Of a stretch of 64,000 nt of DNA, positions 40,401 to 52,530 are shown one piece after another; the stretch's first letter is position 1; every line of letters starts with the position of its first letter. The stretch lies in contig OZ336880.1 in NCBI GenBank assembly GCA_965287045.1, positions 32,178,001-32,242,000 of the forward strand. The letters run 5' to 3'. The notes beneath the pieces were generated by a model. The model searched no databases and was not told where the DNA came from. It saw nothing but the letters and a program-made list of their open reading frames with translations. Source of the stretch: Carcharhinus amblyrhynchos (lineage: Eukaryota). The position numbers and the translations under genes are program-made.

Positions 40401-41726
40401 GCAGCAACCATCCACATAACCTCACTAAGCAACTGCACGGCATATGGAGAGCATTTTCCACTTTTTCCATTATAAATTTTAAACACAGAACATTCCTAGA
40501 TCACAAGTGTGAAAAAAAAGGGCAGCACTTCATTTTTGTATTTTTTCTCTTCTCCTATGCAGGAAGCTGATTAATTAATACTTGATTTCACTACCATCTG
40601 TAGAAATGAAACTCCTATCCAGAGGGAAACATTTAAAAAAGAATCGGCCATCACATACATGGGTTTACTAGAGATCTAGACATTAGCATGTCTTGACTGC
40701 TTCTGCTAAATTATTTTGGAGCATCAGCCTAAATGTTCCAGTCACTAGTTAGTGTCACTAATTGTTCTCTAACTTTTCTTCATTTTTTTCACTCGTTATT
40801 CTTACTCCATGTCACAGTATCTTGGTTTAACTTTCCTTTTGCAAAGGACTTTGATATGTACTTTAGACTCCAGCTTTAAACCTCAATAATTCCACTTTTG
40901 AACAATGTTAATGTACCAGACCATATAGCTGGTTTCGCCTTAAAGAATACAGGTGCAATTTTCTCAAAAATGTTTTAAGTGTAAAACGGGTGAGAAAAGG
41001 GGAGGGGGGTCATGGTAATTTATGGCACTCTGTGCAGTACAGAGACCATAATGTGGATTGCGGTCAGCAAGCAGTATATTGGGAGATCTGTCACTGCCCT
41101 CCCCATCCCATCTCCTTAACTGTCCCCCACTTTTCATCCCTCTATGGAGCTCCCCTCCCCAATGTGGCCGTACTCCCATTAGGCCTCCACTCCCTCAAGC
41201 CCAACCCATGCGCGCTATCTGGTGGGCAATGCCAGGGTGCTCAGCTAGCACTGCCTCATGGGCACTGTCCTGTTCCCAACCACCACAGGGCTTCAACGGC
41301 TTTCAGTCCCCATTGGTGGGGACGATCTGTGCTTCTTGCTGGCAAAGACTTGACTGGTGAGAGGACAAAGGTAAGTAAACCCAGACAGTGTCCAGTGTTC
41401 ATTAATGACACGTTAAACACATCATTAAAATTTAGATCAGTCTTGCTGAAAGAACAGCCAGAAAAAAATCAAGAGGAGGGCAAGTCATCAGGTATGAAAC
41501 CAATTTTTCATTTCTCGCCCTATCTTTCTGGCTCGCCATTGACCAGTGTGACAAGCTGGTAGGGTCCTACCCTATTTCTGTGACTCAGCCAGTATTCATG
41601 GTATTTTGAGGCTGAAAGATTTAATCTTAGCCAAAGTGTGGCAGAAGAGTGAAGAAGAAAGAATTTATCTATTTTTGCCGTATGATTCATTACCGTAGGA
41701 AAATAAATGTTTTAATTTAACTTAAC

Positions 41727-42067
41727 GAGCGGCATGGTAGCACAGTGGTTAACATTGCTGCTTCACAGTTCCAGGGACCTGGGTTCAATTCCCAGCTTGG
41801 GTCACTGTCTGTGTGGAGTTTGCACCTTCTCCTCGTGTCCACGTGGGTTTCCTCCGGGTGCTCCGGTTTCCTCCCACAGTCCAAAGATGTGTGGGTTAGG
41901 TTAATTGGCTATGCTAAATTGCTCCTTAGCGTCTTGGTTGTGTAGGTTAGCAGGATTAGCTGGTAATATACGGGCCTGGGTGGGATTGTGGTCAGTGCAG
42001 ACTCGATGGGCCGAATGGCCTCTTTCTGCACTGTAGGGTTTCTATGATTCTATTTCTATGATCTATA
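41727..42067 (+). mobile_element. Full-length HE1-like V-SINE
   Basis: A/B boxes, V-domain gggtttcctccgggtgctccggtttcctcccacagtccaaagatgtg, CR1-type (ttctatga) tail. Confidence 0.92.
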
Positions 42068-42923
42068 GTTTAAAAAGGAAACCAGGCTAGAGTGAGTTAA
42101 TCTTGTGAAATGATATTCTGTTCATGTCATGTATAACATCAGAAGTTCCAATACATTAGAGCCAAGGACTTGTGCAGAGAAACTACCTTCTTTGTCATGA
42201 ACATTATGTGAAGTATTGGAAAACAACCTGATGTACAATGCAATTCATTGTAAATGATAGTGGAACTGTTCTTAAAAAAAAATATTTTGCATGGTTTGCA
42301 TTCACATCATGTTGCAACTGTCTGCACTTGAGGTTTATGGCACATGTTAATTTTGGGCATTTTTTTTATAGATTCTCAAACATTACTGCCTGTGGCTTTT
42401 CAAACAGGGTGATGTCTGGCACAGCCGTCACAATATCTTGGGAGCAGTTCTACTTACTGATTGCTCAATCCCTTGGTAGGATGTACAGTGTTTGCAGGCA
42501 GACTTGTCACCAAGATGAGGTAAACAAGCTGCGAAAACTTTTAAATAAAAAAGGACAAATAACTGAAACCAAAACTTGTGGTCTATACGATTAAGGTCAC
42601 CCTCACCCACTGCCCTGCAGAGGTAGTGCAGAAGTGTCAAATTGTATCAGTAGAAAATTAAACCTGAAGGCTTTGTAATCACTTTCATGCTCCAAATGAC
42701 GGTGTTCATGACATTTAGGAATATAAGAGAAAGCTCTTAGTCACTGATGTTTTATATGGAACACAGTCTAGAGCCTTCAACACTGATTAATCTATCCACT
42801 GAGGCATTTTATTGTTTAAAGCACCTTCAATTAATACAAAGATTCTGCCAAATATTTACAAATCATATGACTTTAAAACTTTTCACATTAGTACCTGAAT
42901 ATTACGAATCATGGCCTCATCAC

Positions 42924-42992
42924 CTTCTCTTTTAACGTCTCTTGTCTCTGTTGCAAAATCTGTAGCGATTCTTGAACATGTACAGAACCATC
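42924..42992 (-). CDS. NAB1: NAB1 coding exon 4, in-frame 69-nt form (alternative 98-nt form to 42895 is out of frame)
   Basis: cattttgcag|GAT GGT..., encodes DGSVHVQESLQILQQRQETLKEK, resembling the DG..QD/E exon of NAB1 orthologues. Only donor AAG|gtgatg keeps the frame. The 3' boundary is uncertain. Confidence 0.75.
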
Positions 42993-43555
42993 CTGCAAAA
43001 TGCAACATCAGTTAAATGCTTTATCATTATAAAAGGGTTTTCACATGCATCAACTACAGTAATTGGTAACAGCAACAGCTTTAAGTTTGAGAAAGGAATA
43101 GTGAGCCTCAGTGCTCACCTTTTTAAGAGAGTAAATCAGACAGAATTGTCAGCATCTGCACATGCTTAGTTAAACCTGGAAATCAGGAAGTTGCTGTCCA
43201 ACTTGCCCTGTTTCTCCACAAGCTTTGCTACCTGGCAAAGGGTATGAAGAAGCAATATTTAACATTGAACATGCCAAAAAAAAAGTTAAGGTTGGAGCAT
43301 TCAGGGTAAGTGAACTACTGTGAGGAACCTTAATTTACTACCAAACATTTCTTTGGAGTGTAAAATGTAATTTTATAAGTGTAGAGGCATATTCCTTCAG
43401 ATTTTAAAAATTAGAAATTTGGCTTTACTTTTTCCTCTGTCTCTCAGTCAGATCCTTCTTTCATTTTGTAAATGTAATGTTATATTGAATTAAATATAAT
43501 TTATATTGGTTTAGAGTCTGTGTGTCTCAGTGAGGAATCTGAGTGCTTGAAGAGA

Positions 43556-44931
43556 TGGGGGGGGGAAGAGGGGGAAGGGGGGGGGGGGAGAGGGGGAAGT
43601 GGGGGGGGAGAGGGGGAAGTGGGGGGGGAGAGGGGGAAGTGGGGGGGGAGAGGGGGAAGTGGGGGGGGAGAGGGGGAAGTGGGGGGGGAGAGGGGGAAGT
43701 GGGGGGGGAGAGGGGGAAGTGGGGGGGGAGAGAGGGGGAAGTGGGGGGGGAGAGAGGGGGAAGTGGGGGGGGGAGAGGGGGAAGTGGGGGGGGAGAGGGG
43801 GAAGTGGGGGGGGGAGAGGGGGAAGTGGGGGGGGGAGAGGGGGAAGTGGGGGGGGGAGAGGGGGAAGTGGGGGGGGGAGAGGGGGAAGTGGGGGGGGGAG
43901 AGGGGGAAGTGGGGGGGGGAGAGGGGGAAGTGGGGGGGGGAGAGGGGGAAGTGGGGGGGGGAGAGGGGGAAGTGGGGGGGGGAGAGGGGGAAGTGGGGGG
44001 GGGAGAGGGGGAAGTGGGGGGGGGAGAGGGGGAAGTGGGGGGGGGAGAGGGGGAAGTGGGGGGGGGAGAGGGGGAAGTGGGGGGGGGAGAGGGGGAAGTG
44101 GGGGGGGGAGAGGGGGAAGTGGGGGGGGGAGAGGGGGAAGTGGGGGGGGGAGAGGGGGAAGTGGGGGGGGGAGAGGGGGAAGTGGGGGGGGGAGAGGGGG
44201 AAGTGGGGGGGGGAGAGGGGGAAGTGGGGGGGGGAGAGGGGGAAGTGGGGGGGGGAGAGGGGGAAGTGGGGGGGGGAGAGGGGGAAGTGGGGGGGGGAGA
44301 GGGGGAAGTGGGGGGGGGAGAGGGGGAAGTGGGGGGGGGAGAGGGGGAAGTGGGGGGGGGAGAGGGGGAAGTGGGGGGGGGAGAGGGGGAAGTGGGGGGG
44401 GGAGAGGGGGAAGTGGGGGGGGGAGAGGGGGAAGTGGGGGGGGGAGAGGGGGAAGTGGGGGGGGGAGAGGGGGAAGTGGGGGGGGGAGAGGGGGAAGTGG
44501 GGGGGGGAGAGGGGGAAGTGGGGGGGGGAGAGGGGGAAGTGGGGGGGGGAGAGGGGGAAGTGGGGGGGGGAGAGGGGGAAGTGGGGGGGGGAGAGGGGGA
44601 AGTGGGGGGGGGAGAGGGGGAAGTGGGGGGGGGAGAGGGGGAAGTGGGGGGGGGAGAGGGGGAAGTGGGGGGGGGAGAGGGGGAAGTGGGGGGGGGAGAG
44701 GGGGAAGTGGGGGGGGGAGAGGGGGAAGTGGGGGGGGAGAGGGGGAAGTGGGGGGGGAGAGGGGGAAGTGGGGGGGGGAGAGGGGGAAGTGGGGGGGGGA
44801 GAGGGGGAAGTGGGGGGGGAGAGGGGGAAGTGGGGGGGGAGAGGGGGAAGTGGGGGGGGGAGAGGGGGAAGTGGGGGGGGGAGAGGGGGAAGTGGGGGGG
44901 AGAGAGGGGGAAGTGGGGGGGAGAGGGGGGA
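43556..44931. repeat. G-rich tandem repeat, unit about 21 bp (GTGGGGGGGGGAGAGGGGGAA), about 65 copies
   Basis: Directly visible; homogeneous 21-mers in the centre, with 20- and 22-mer variants at the edges. Confidence 0.98.
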
Positions 44932-45399
44932 GCCCAGTCTTGCCCACCATGGGAATTGTAGTAGGCAGATGATGCAAATGCCTGTTGACCTCAGGCGGAA
45001 TTTTCTGTTTTGGGGCGAGCACGGCCAGAAATTCCTGCCTAATAATATGTTAGAGGATAGACTGTATATGAACTGAAGGAGGATTGATTTTAGTGGGCTT
45101 ACTCAGCCCTTTTTCTCTCGTCCTTGGTAGGTGCCTTTTTCATAACATTTTTTAGGTAACTAATGTGCCATATCATTGTATTAGTAGATAATAAATTGTG
45201 TCCAGTGCTTTGTGCCTTCTTCAGATACCATTTTTGAAATGATCATATGGTATACCAGGCAATTCTATTGGAGATGCTCACAGTTGGAATTGACCTACAT
45301 TAAGAGATAGGGATGTGACCTCCTATGGTGCAAGGGAAAGAAATCTAGTTTTTATGTAACATTATTGCACAGTGTTGAATTTATACCTCAAAAGATAAA

Positions 45400-45575
45400 A
45401 ATAAAATTACTACGGATGCTGGAATAAACAAAAACAGAAAATGCTGGAAAATCTCAGCAGATATGACATCATTTAATGAACTCTGACGAAGAGTGATTCA
45501 AACTTGAAATGTTGGCTCTGTTCTCGCTCCACTGATGCTATCAGACCTGCTGATATTTTCCACTCTTTATTGCTC
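45400..45575. repeat. Short inverted-arm repeat with a degenerate hammerhead-like core (probably Penelope-derived)
   Basis: aaatgctggaaaatctcagcag arm opposite ctgctgatattttcc arm; CTGACGA 45483-45489 and GAAA 45506-45509. Related pieces at about 5222-5355, 23278-23350 and 28745-29370. Confidence 0.55.
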
Positions 45576-47720
45576 TTGTACCTTATCAAACCTCGATTCG
45601 TGGAATTGTTCTTTTAAAATGGCATCCTGAAGAGTTTTTAATGCAATTCTCAGTTGCACTGCGAATAGCAGGATAATATATTTACCTCAATTTTACGGTC
45701 AGCAGCAAAGGAATGGCACTTAGTGTTCATTATGTTTGAAGCTCTCCGACCTTTTGTGGGCTTTTGAGCTGCAATTTACGATTTCTAGAGATCCTTTTCT
45801 TTCAGCATGGGGATTTGTGTGGTGTGCGAGCAGAAAATGCAATATGTTATTTTTCAAGTACTCTGATTAAAGAATCCTTACTGAATACTACTACAGATCT
45901 CTGAACCAGTTTATTAATCTCCAAAGCAAGGTTGACGTAGCTTTCCTCAAGAAAGCTAAAACAAAGATCCTAGTATTTAATTAGCAATTGTCCACAAAGT
46001 TACATATTCTGCAAATCAACAGAATAAATATCATGAGCGCCAATGAAGAAAACTGCAGTTACAGGCATTGAAGACTTTTGCATGAACAAATGACTAGATT
46101 ACCAATAGGAATGTGGCAATGGTGAATGATTTGATATTCTACAGCCACAGCCTGGCAAAACAGACTGCATAAGAACAGCAAAGCAAAATGGGCCAGTTCT
46201 GCATATTCCAAACTGTTCCAATTCTAAACAGTATTAACATATGTAAACACAGACATGGATTACCACAGTGCATCAAACAGAACAGGAATTTAAAGCTTGG
46301 CTGCTACGATTTACTATTAGCATGACACTGATATTCATAGTCAAAATGGAATTCTGCCCAGTGTGTGTATGGTTCTGGAAAGCATCCCTTTTAGCAACCC
46401 AGCCATGAACTGCCAGAAACAAAATAAGTTAAAAACGAAGAGTCAGTCCAGATACACAAACCCATGACCTGTGTTATGAAGGAAACTTCTTAACATTCCA
46501 GTACTGGGCCACTGAATCCTGAGAATCTCAAGAGCTTGTGAAATCAGAAGGCTGCCATTCTATTTATTGTACAGTTAACCACCATTGGTTTCTGATCACT
46601 TCCGCGCCTATATTTCATTGCTTTGAAGTCAAAGATTATTCACATTTTATATTCAAAGTACATCTGAAGAAAATATTAAATACGAATAGTTCAAACATGA
46701 AAATTTTCCTGCTATTATATTCATTTTTTGTATAAAAACAAAAAATATTCAAACAATTGGGCATCTCTGTTGTACTAGATGTACGAGATGTAGTTATATA
46801 TCCGGCAGCCATTCCTCCACAGCCATATGTTGATTCCCCATTATTGAATGCATTAAGCTTCAAATTGTTTTCTAGAAATCACTTAAAAGCACTGTTCCAC
46901 CTTATTTCTGCAGCCTGATTGAGCCTCAGCCTCCCAAACTCTCTATTCTTTAGATTCTTACTAGTGTGCATTCGCTAATCATTTTGTCCACTATTGGTGG
47001 CACATCCTTCAGCCAGCTTGACTCTACTACCCGCCACTATCTCTGTAAAATAACACTTAATGTGCATAAACTCTTGGATAGACAAATGCCTTTTCAAACA
47101 CTAACACATCCTCATCCATATTTTCTGAATTAACCACAGCCTATGGGAACTACAGATTTCTTATACATTGTAGACTGTGCCAGTTTAACTGCATGTGTAA
47201 CCTTTGCCCCAGTTATTGTACTCTATAGGGATTTTTGACTTTATCAATTTGTACCCCACCCATATTCATTGCGTGAGCCCCAACAGAATGAATTGTGAAC
47301 ACAGACGACATCTGGCACACTTACACTCAAAAAAAAACTCAGTTAATTGCACTGGTGAAAAGGACCATGATTTTGAAGACTGGAATTTTCTACTCATTCA
47401 AAACACACAAGAGTAAATTCCATCTCATGCTTGGTCCATTTTGGACACTGACAATATATCTGTTGCCTTTTCAAAATGTTTTGTTCCTCTGCAAGCTTTC
47501 TGCTTCACACATTTGCTCCACTGTATCACTGAGAAACTGGTCTGCATATTACATGAATGTTTGAAACTGCCTGACATTATATTAGTGTGCCATCAAGTTA
47601 TTTTCAAGTACATCATCAAGGGTTGGTCAAAATCTGCAAACATCATTCACGTCTTCAATTAACAGAAGGATCATTTTGGAATGGGAAAATCACACACTAA
47701 TATACTAAACCATGCATTAC

Positions 47721-47772
47721 CTCCATTTTTATTCGTTTGGGCGACGATTCGTCTTGTTCTGCACATCTAGAC
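47721..47772 (-). CDS. NAB1: NAB1 coding exon 3, 52 nt (NLS-like PKRIK and SUMO-type IKME)
   Basis: aactgcag|G TCT AGA..., encodes (R)SRCAEQDESSPKRIKME, donor GAG|gtaatg, phase 2 to 0. The preceding intron is only 119 bp. Confidence 0.94.
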
Positions 47773-47891
47773 CTGCAGTTAAATACACACAAGCAGCTTT
47801 ATAAATCTAACAGTGTGAAATGTTAAATGTCAGGTAAAGAAAAAGGGAAATCAAATACAAATATCTAGTGTTTAAAAATGAAAGCTCTCAC

Positions 47892-48025
47892 CTGGAGGTT
47901 TTATAGGTATATTTGTAGGTTACTTCTCGGGAGACCTGTCGAGCTAATGTAAATAGTTCATCTCTCCGAGTGAGCAATGCGTTATCCTTTGTACAGAGTT
48001 GAGCAGCTGCTTCATTAACAGTTAG
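47892..48025 (-). CDS. NAB1: NAB1 coding exon 2 (NCD2 C-terminal part), 134 nt
   Basis: tttgtttacag|CTA..., encodes [44 protein letters not shown](R), donor CAG|gtgaga, phase 0 to 2. Confidence 0.96.
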
Positions 48026-50287
48026 CTGTAAACAAAGGCGAATTATGAGTTCAGGACTACTTTAATGGATGAGCTGTTTGAAGAAAAAGTACTGGACCCA
48101 CACTGAACAGAAAGATTAGATCTCCAGTCCATAATGAGTCAGTTGGCCTCAGCTGGGCTGTGGTGTGGTGAAGAGCTACTGCAGCAACAATGACTACTTT
48201 AAACAACTGTGTGTTAAGCACTTTTGTGATGTTTCTGAGCAACATTAAGCATCATGTAAATGCAAGTTCTCTATTACAATCCATGTAAGCAGGGCTGGGG
48301 GGCAGGCAGTATATTTTGTTTTTACTCAGATGATGCAACTTCAGTTAGATTTTCAAGAAAGGCGGCAACTGTTAACAGCACGGTTATTTCTGGAAACATA
48401 CATATGCAAGTCATAGTGCAGTGGAAAGTAGACTTCCAAGATTGGAACTGAGATATTTAATTGGGGCAAACATGCTAGATGCACCCCTACATGTGCGGAT
48501 AGTTTTACATTATAAGTACGCTCTCAATTAAAAGGTTGTTTTTAATAATGGGAAAAGATCAACACTGAGTTCTTTTAAGTGTATTCTAGATGAAATGAAA
48601 GTTCAAATAAACGAATGGTAAATTTTACCTAAATCAAATGAAATTGTGCAACTGCTGTTTGTTAAAATTTTTAAAATCTCTTATAAATTTTTATAACAAG
48701 CCATTAGATTCGTGCCACCAACAAGGCCAGCATTTATCACCCATCTCCATTTGCCCTTGAGAAGATATTGATGAATTGCCTTCTTGAACCACTGCAGTTC
48801 ATGTGGTTTAGGTAAAGCCACAGTGCTGTCAAGGAGGGAATTCCAGGATTTTAGTTTTCTCCTGTATCTGCTGCCTTCATCCTTCTAGATGGTAGCTATT
48901 GTGGGTGGGGAAGGTGCTTGAACGACAGCCAGTTTAAACAGTGCCTGCCATTGAGTAAAGAAGTGAATTGTTCAACTACTTGTGGCGAGAAAAAGATACC
49001 ATGTGATTTTCAAATCACAAGTTTGCATCACGCCTGCATGAGCTTTGCAAAAACAGCAACTTGCCCTCAACCTCCCAGTGGAGTTTCATGAAATTTTTGC
49101 ATTTGCGTGCTAATTTACAATTAAACTGACCACAAAAGTTAAAGCTGCTACTTAACAGAGCAAGTATCATTTGTTTAAAAGAAAGAAGAAATTTACGTCC
49201 CAAGAACACCAATCAGCCTCTCCATCCTGAAAAAAGGACGTAAACCATGGAGTCTCATTCCTACACAATTAACTACTTTTATTTTTCATACCTTTCTTTA
49301 ATCCAACTTGTAATTTCCTCTTTCTTCACTAAAATTTTCCCCATTGCTTTCTTCATTGTTCCTAACAGGTTGAGATAAACTATTGGCCCTGTTCAATGTT
49401 TCAAAATCGCCATTACATTATTCATGCTGTTAGTTCACATTTCCAGAACAAACATTTTTGTGCTGACTGGAATAAAAACGTATTCATGTGCACAGCCCCC
49501 TCCCCCAACCCCCAGCAAAATTTGGAGCAAATCATGAAAAATGACTTGTTTAAGAAGCTGTGTTCAAAAAAAAGGCTAAGGTTTAACCTAGATAACAAAA
49601 TTACTGAACATTGTGTTTTCTTATAGATTCATTACTACTACATATACATAATTCTGCAAAAGTGGTAAACAATTCTTGACTATTGTTATATCTACAGGTC
49701 TTCATACAAAATATTAAGAAATATGAAGCCAACATCAGCAACAACACAATCCTATCCCCGAAAGTACTTTTGTTTACAATATGCTGATGTCCAATCTAAC
49801 AGGCAAATTAGTGGGACTTATGTGGTTTTGACAGAACTATGGCTGTCTCACACCCAAATTGTTATTAGACCATTATTACTTTTGTTTAAGGCAAGGTTCG
49901 CAGGGAACTCTATGCAATTTACCTTTTAAACCAAGGTCAGATTATTTTTATTGTTAATTGCTCAGACAACTTTTATTGAAAAGATTAGAACACTAATGAC
50001 TAAACTACTTGCTTTGCACATTCTTGTAACAGATCTGACTACCCAAGGCAGACAACACTCCCACCCACTACGAACATATGTATGAAGGTCTGTCATTTCT
50101 AAACTAGGGCGGGAGCTGAAATTCTGCCCACTTTTCAATACAGAAGTACGTGCCTAGTCTGATTGTGGCAAGGCACCAACATTAAAGAAATTGTGGGCTT
50201 TATCTGTTTTATTGAAGGACTGCAAATACAAAATGCTATAAAGAGAACAACACAAGAGTGGAGCATGAGATAGCAAAATTTACGTAC

Positions 50288-51106
50288 CTCATGAAGTGTA
50301 AGATGTTTTCCATCCTTCCTTTTGGAATCAAACCGACCGTATATTGCACTATATTTTCGGATTTCTTCTTCTTTGTGAGGGTCACCATCAGTCATGTCAA
50401 AGATGTGACTAATCATTTTTGCTAACTTCTTATTGGTTTTTAAAAATTCTCTCACTTCATTTCTGTCTACTTTTGGAATGCCTTGAATCAAACGCTCAAC
50501 AGATTCTGTAATTGCAACGACTGCAGCAGCATCAAGAGTTTCACCATTTTCTTTTGGTGAAGATGGAGATGCAGGATCAGCAGGGGAAAGACTCTGTTCA
50601 CTCTCAGTAGTGGAATGTCCTTGCCAGAACCGTAGTTCACTGCATATTTGCAGTGGTGAATTCCCTGCCATGCCAGACTTATTAGGTCCCAGTCCCTGAC
50701 TGCACATGGTAGTTAAGCATTTTGGAAACTTCACAGGAGGATCCCGGATGTTACTGTTTCTTTCATTATTGTTAGCATTTGACCCAGAAAAAGCAGCGGA
50801 GCTCTCAGATATTTTGAATAGTGGGATGCTGCTGACCGGGAGAGAGTTCAGGGGTTGATTGAAGACAGAGGGATTTGTCACCCAGTCTCTCAAAGCTTTT
50901 TGCAACCTCCTGACATGCAGAGGTTTGCTAGCCATGCCAACCAGGGCCATGATTTCCAAGAATTCCTCCTCCCCTGCTTCACAGAGCTGCTGTACATCGT
51001 CTCCCCCTTGCTGAATGAAAGCATCATAATAAGACAAGAGATTGGCTCGCTGTAGAATGCGATAGAGTTGCAGTTCACCAAGGGTCCTTGGTAAAGAAGC
51101 TGCCAT
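50288..51106 (-). CDS. NAB1: NAB1 coding exon 1 (NCD1 domain and start of NCD2), 819 nt / 273 codons
   Basis: Translation [72 protein letters not shown]...[29 protein letters not shown] matches NAB conserved domains. Acceptor ttttaaatacag| puts the exon start at 51121 (15 nt of UTR), ATG at 51106, donor GAG|gtacgt at 50288/50287. Confidence 0.97.
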
Positions 51107-51209
51107 GTCCAAATGCAACACCTGTATTTAAAAAAAAGTTGAAAGCCATTTGTAGAATAAATGTCAAATGTTGGCCATTTAAACAATGAATTCTGAGACA
51201 CATTCATAC

Positions 51210-51354
51210 CATATTCCACCTCTGTCTGCAGGTAGGATGATACAGGCTCTTCTTGTTTGGAACACAGACGTTCTTGAAAGATCACAGCCCAATAACTTAA
51301 CAATATTATGCTATATTATGATATAACTGAACCATGAGATTACCCAAGTGTTAA
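51210..51354 (-). other. Possible additional 5' UTR exon of NAB1
   Basis: Donor-like ATG|gtatga at 51210/51209, 88 bp upstream of the coding-exon acceptor, and a candidate acceptor atatatttag| at 51355/51354. Motif evidence only. Confidence 0.25.
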
Positions 51355-52530
51355 CTAAATATATTTATGGCTTCTAATTTAATATTGCTCTTAAAGATAT
51401 AATAGTGTCATGCCTATTAAATTGAACAGCAAATGATATTTTCAATTTAAAACATTCCACACAAGTATTTCTAAAATGTTCTAATGAAAATTACAAAAGC
51501 AAGATTCCAGAATACTCCCCGAAGAAAAAAAATTTTATTTATTGTTTGTTGTCTTATTTTTAACAAAATTGTGTTGATGACAATATTGGCTGTGATACTG
51601 AATCACCGTGAGGGAATTGCATTTATCATAGTAAAGTCAACAAATCAAGAGTGCTTCTGCACTCAAACCATTTCAATAGCATGTGTCACAAACTAAGCAA
51701 CTCCCAGTGTTGCAAAATGGTCTGTACGCAGGTGTGGCAACAAAAGAAAATAAGCACTGCTGCTAATTCCAGGATCTGCCCGAGTGTCTGAACTGGTTGT
51801 AGCAGTGATACCGCAGGCAGTATTAAATGGAGCAACTGGAGACAAGTAGCCATTGCCAAATTTGAACTTTTAAATCCAAGAGTCCCACTGATAAATTATT
51901 GAGGTCTCAGTCAAATGCAATGATTATATTCCTTTTGTAGTTGATATCAGCAGTTAAACTTTTTTTTTGACACACATAAAAACATGGTTAACTCCCCAAG
52001 CACATTTATTTCAGGGACACGAGTAGGCCATTCAGCTTCAAGTCTGTTCTGATTATTATTCATATTTAAATGCCAACCAGCAATGGAAATGGATAGCAAG
52101 ACATGTGTTAGCTTATCTACAAGCTGTGGGGAATTGGGAGTATTACTTACAGAACTATAGACAAAAAAAAGACAACATCTGCATTGCACCTATGTACTGA
52201 AAGCTCCTTCTCCAAGGCAAAGAAACAACCAAGTCTGTTTTTTTTCCTTCTGCTACTAGGATTACAAACCCATTACCATCCAGCACATTGATCTCACCAA
52301 AAGCTAAAACCTATCAGTCTCATTGAGTGACTATGTTCACCTCAACTGTCTATATAAATCCACATCAGGGATATGCAGACAAAACACATTCTTCGATTTG
52401 CCAGACTACAGGAGTTCATTTAAATAATGTGTCCAATAAAATGTTGCAGGTGAAGTGATAAACTTAAAGCATTTTGTTAACTTACTCAAGTTGGAACTGG
52501 GCTTGAAATCAAAAAAATTCCAACAATTTC

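Noticed and set aside
40990-41562. 190-aa plus-strand ORF
   Set aside because: Low-information peptide in a GC-richer, repeat-like patch of an intron; no domain recognised.
41727-41800. tRNA-like A/B box sequences here and at other SINE heads
   Set aside because: They run directly into SINE bodies and have no complete cloverleaf, so they are not tRNA genes.
43511-45076. Four long ORFs (457-518 aa, poly-Pro or Gly-rich)
   Set aside because: They arise because the stop-free 21-bp repeat is open in all frames. There is no splice or domain support.
50135-50287. C-terminal extension of the 328-aa ORF (VRKFCYL...)
   Set aside because: Read-through into the intron after the donor at 50288; the NAB sequence continues at 48025.
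51107-51121. Upstream GTG start (MLHLD) in the ORF track
   Set aside because: Not an ATG; these are the 15 UTR bases of the exon. NAB1 starts at MAASLP.
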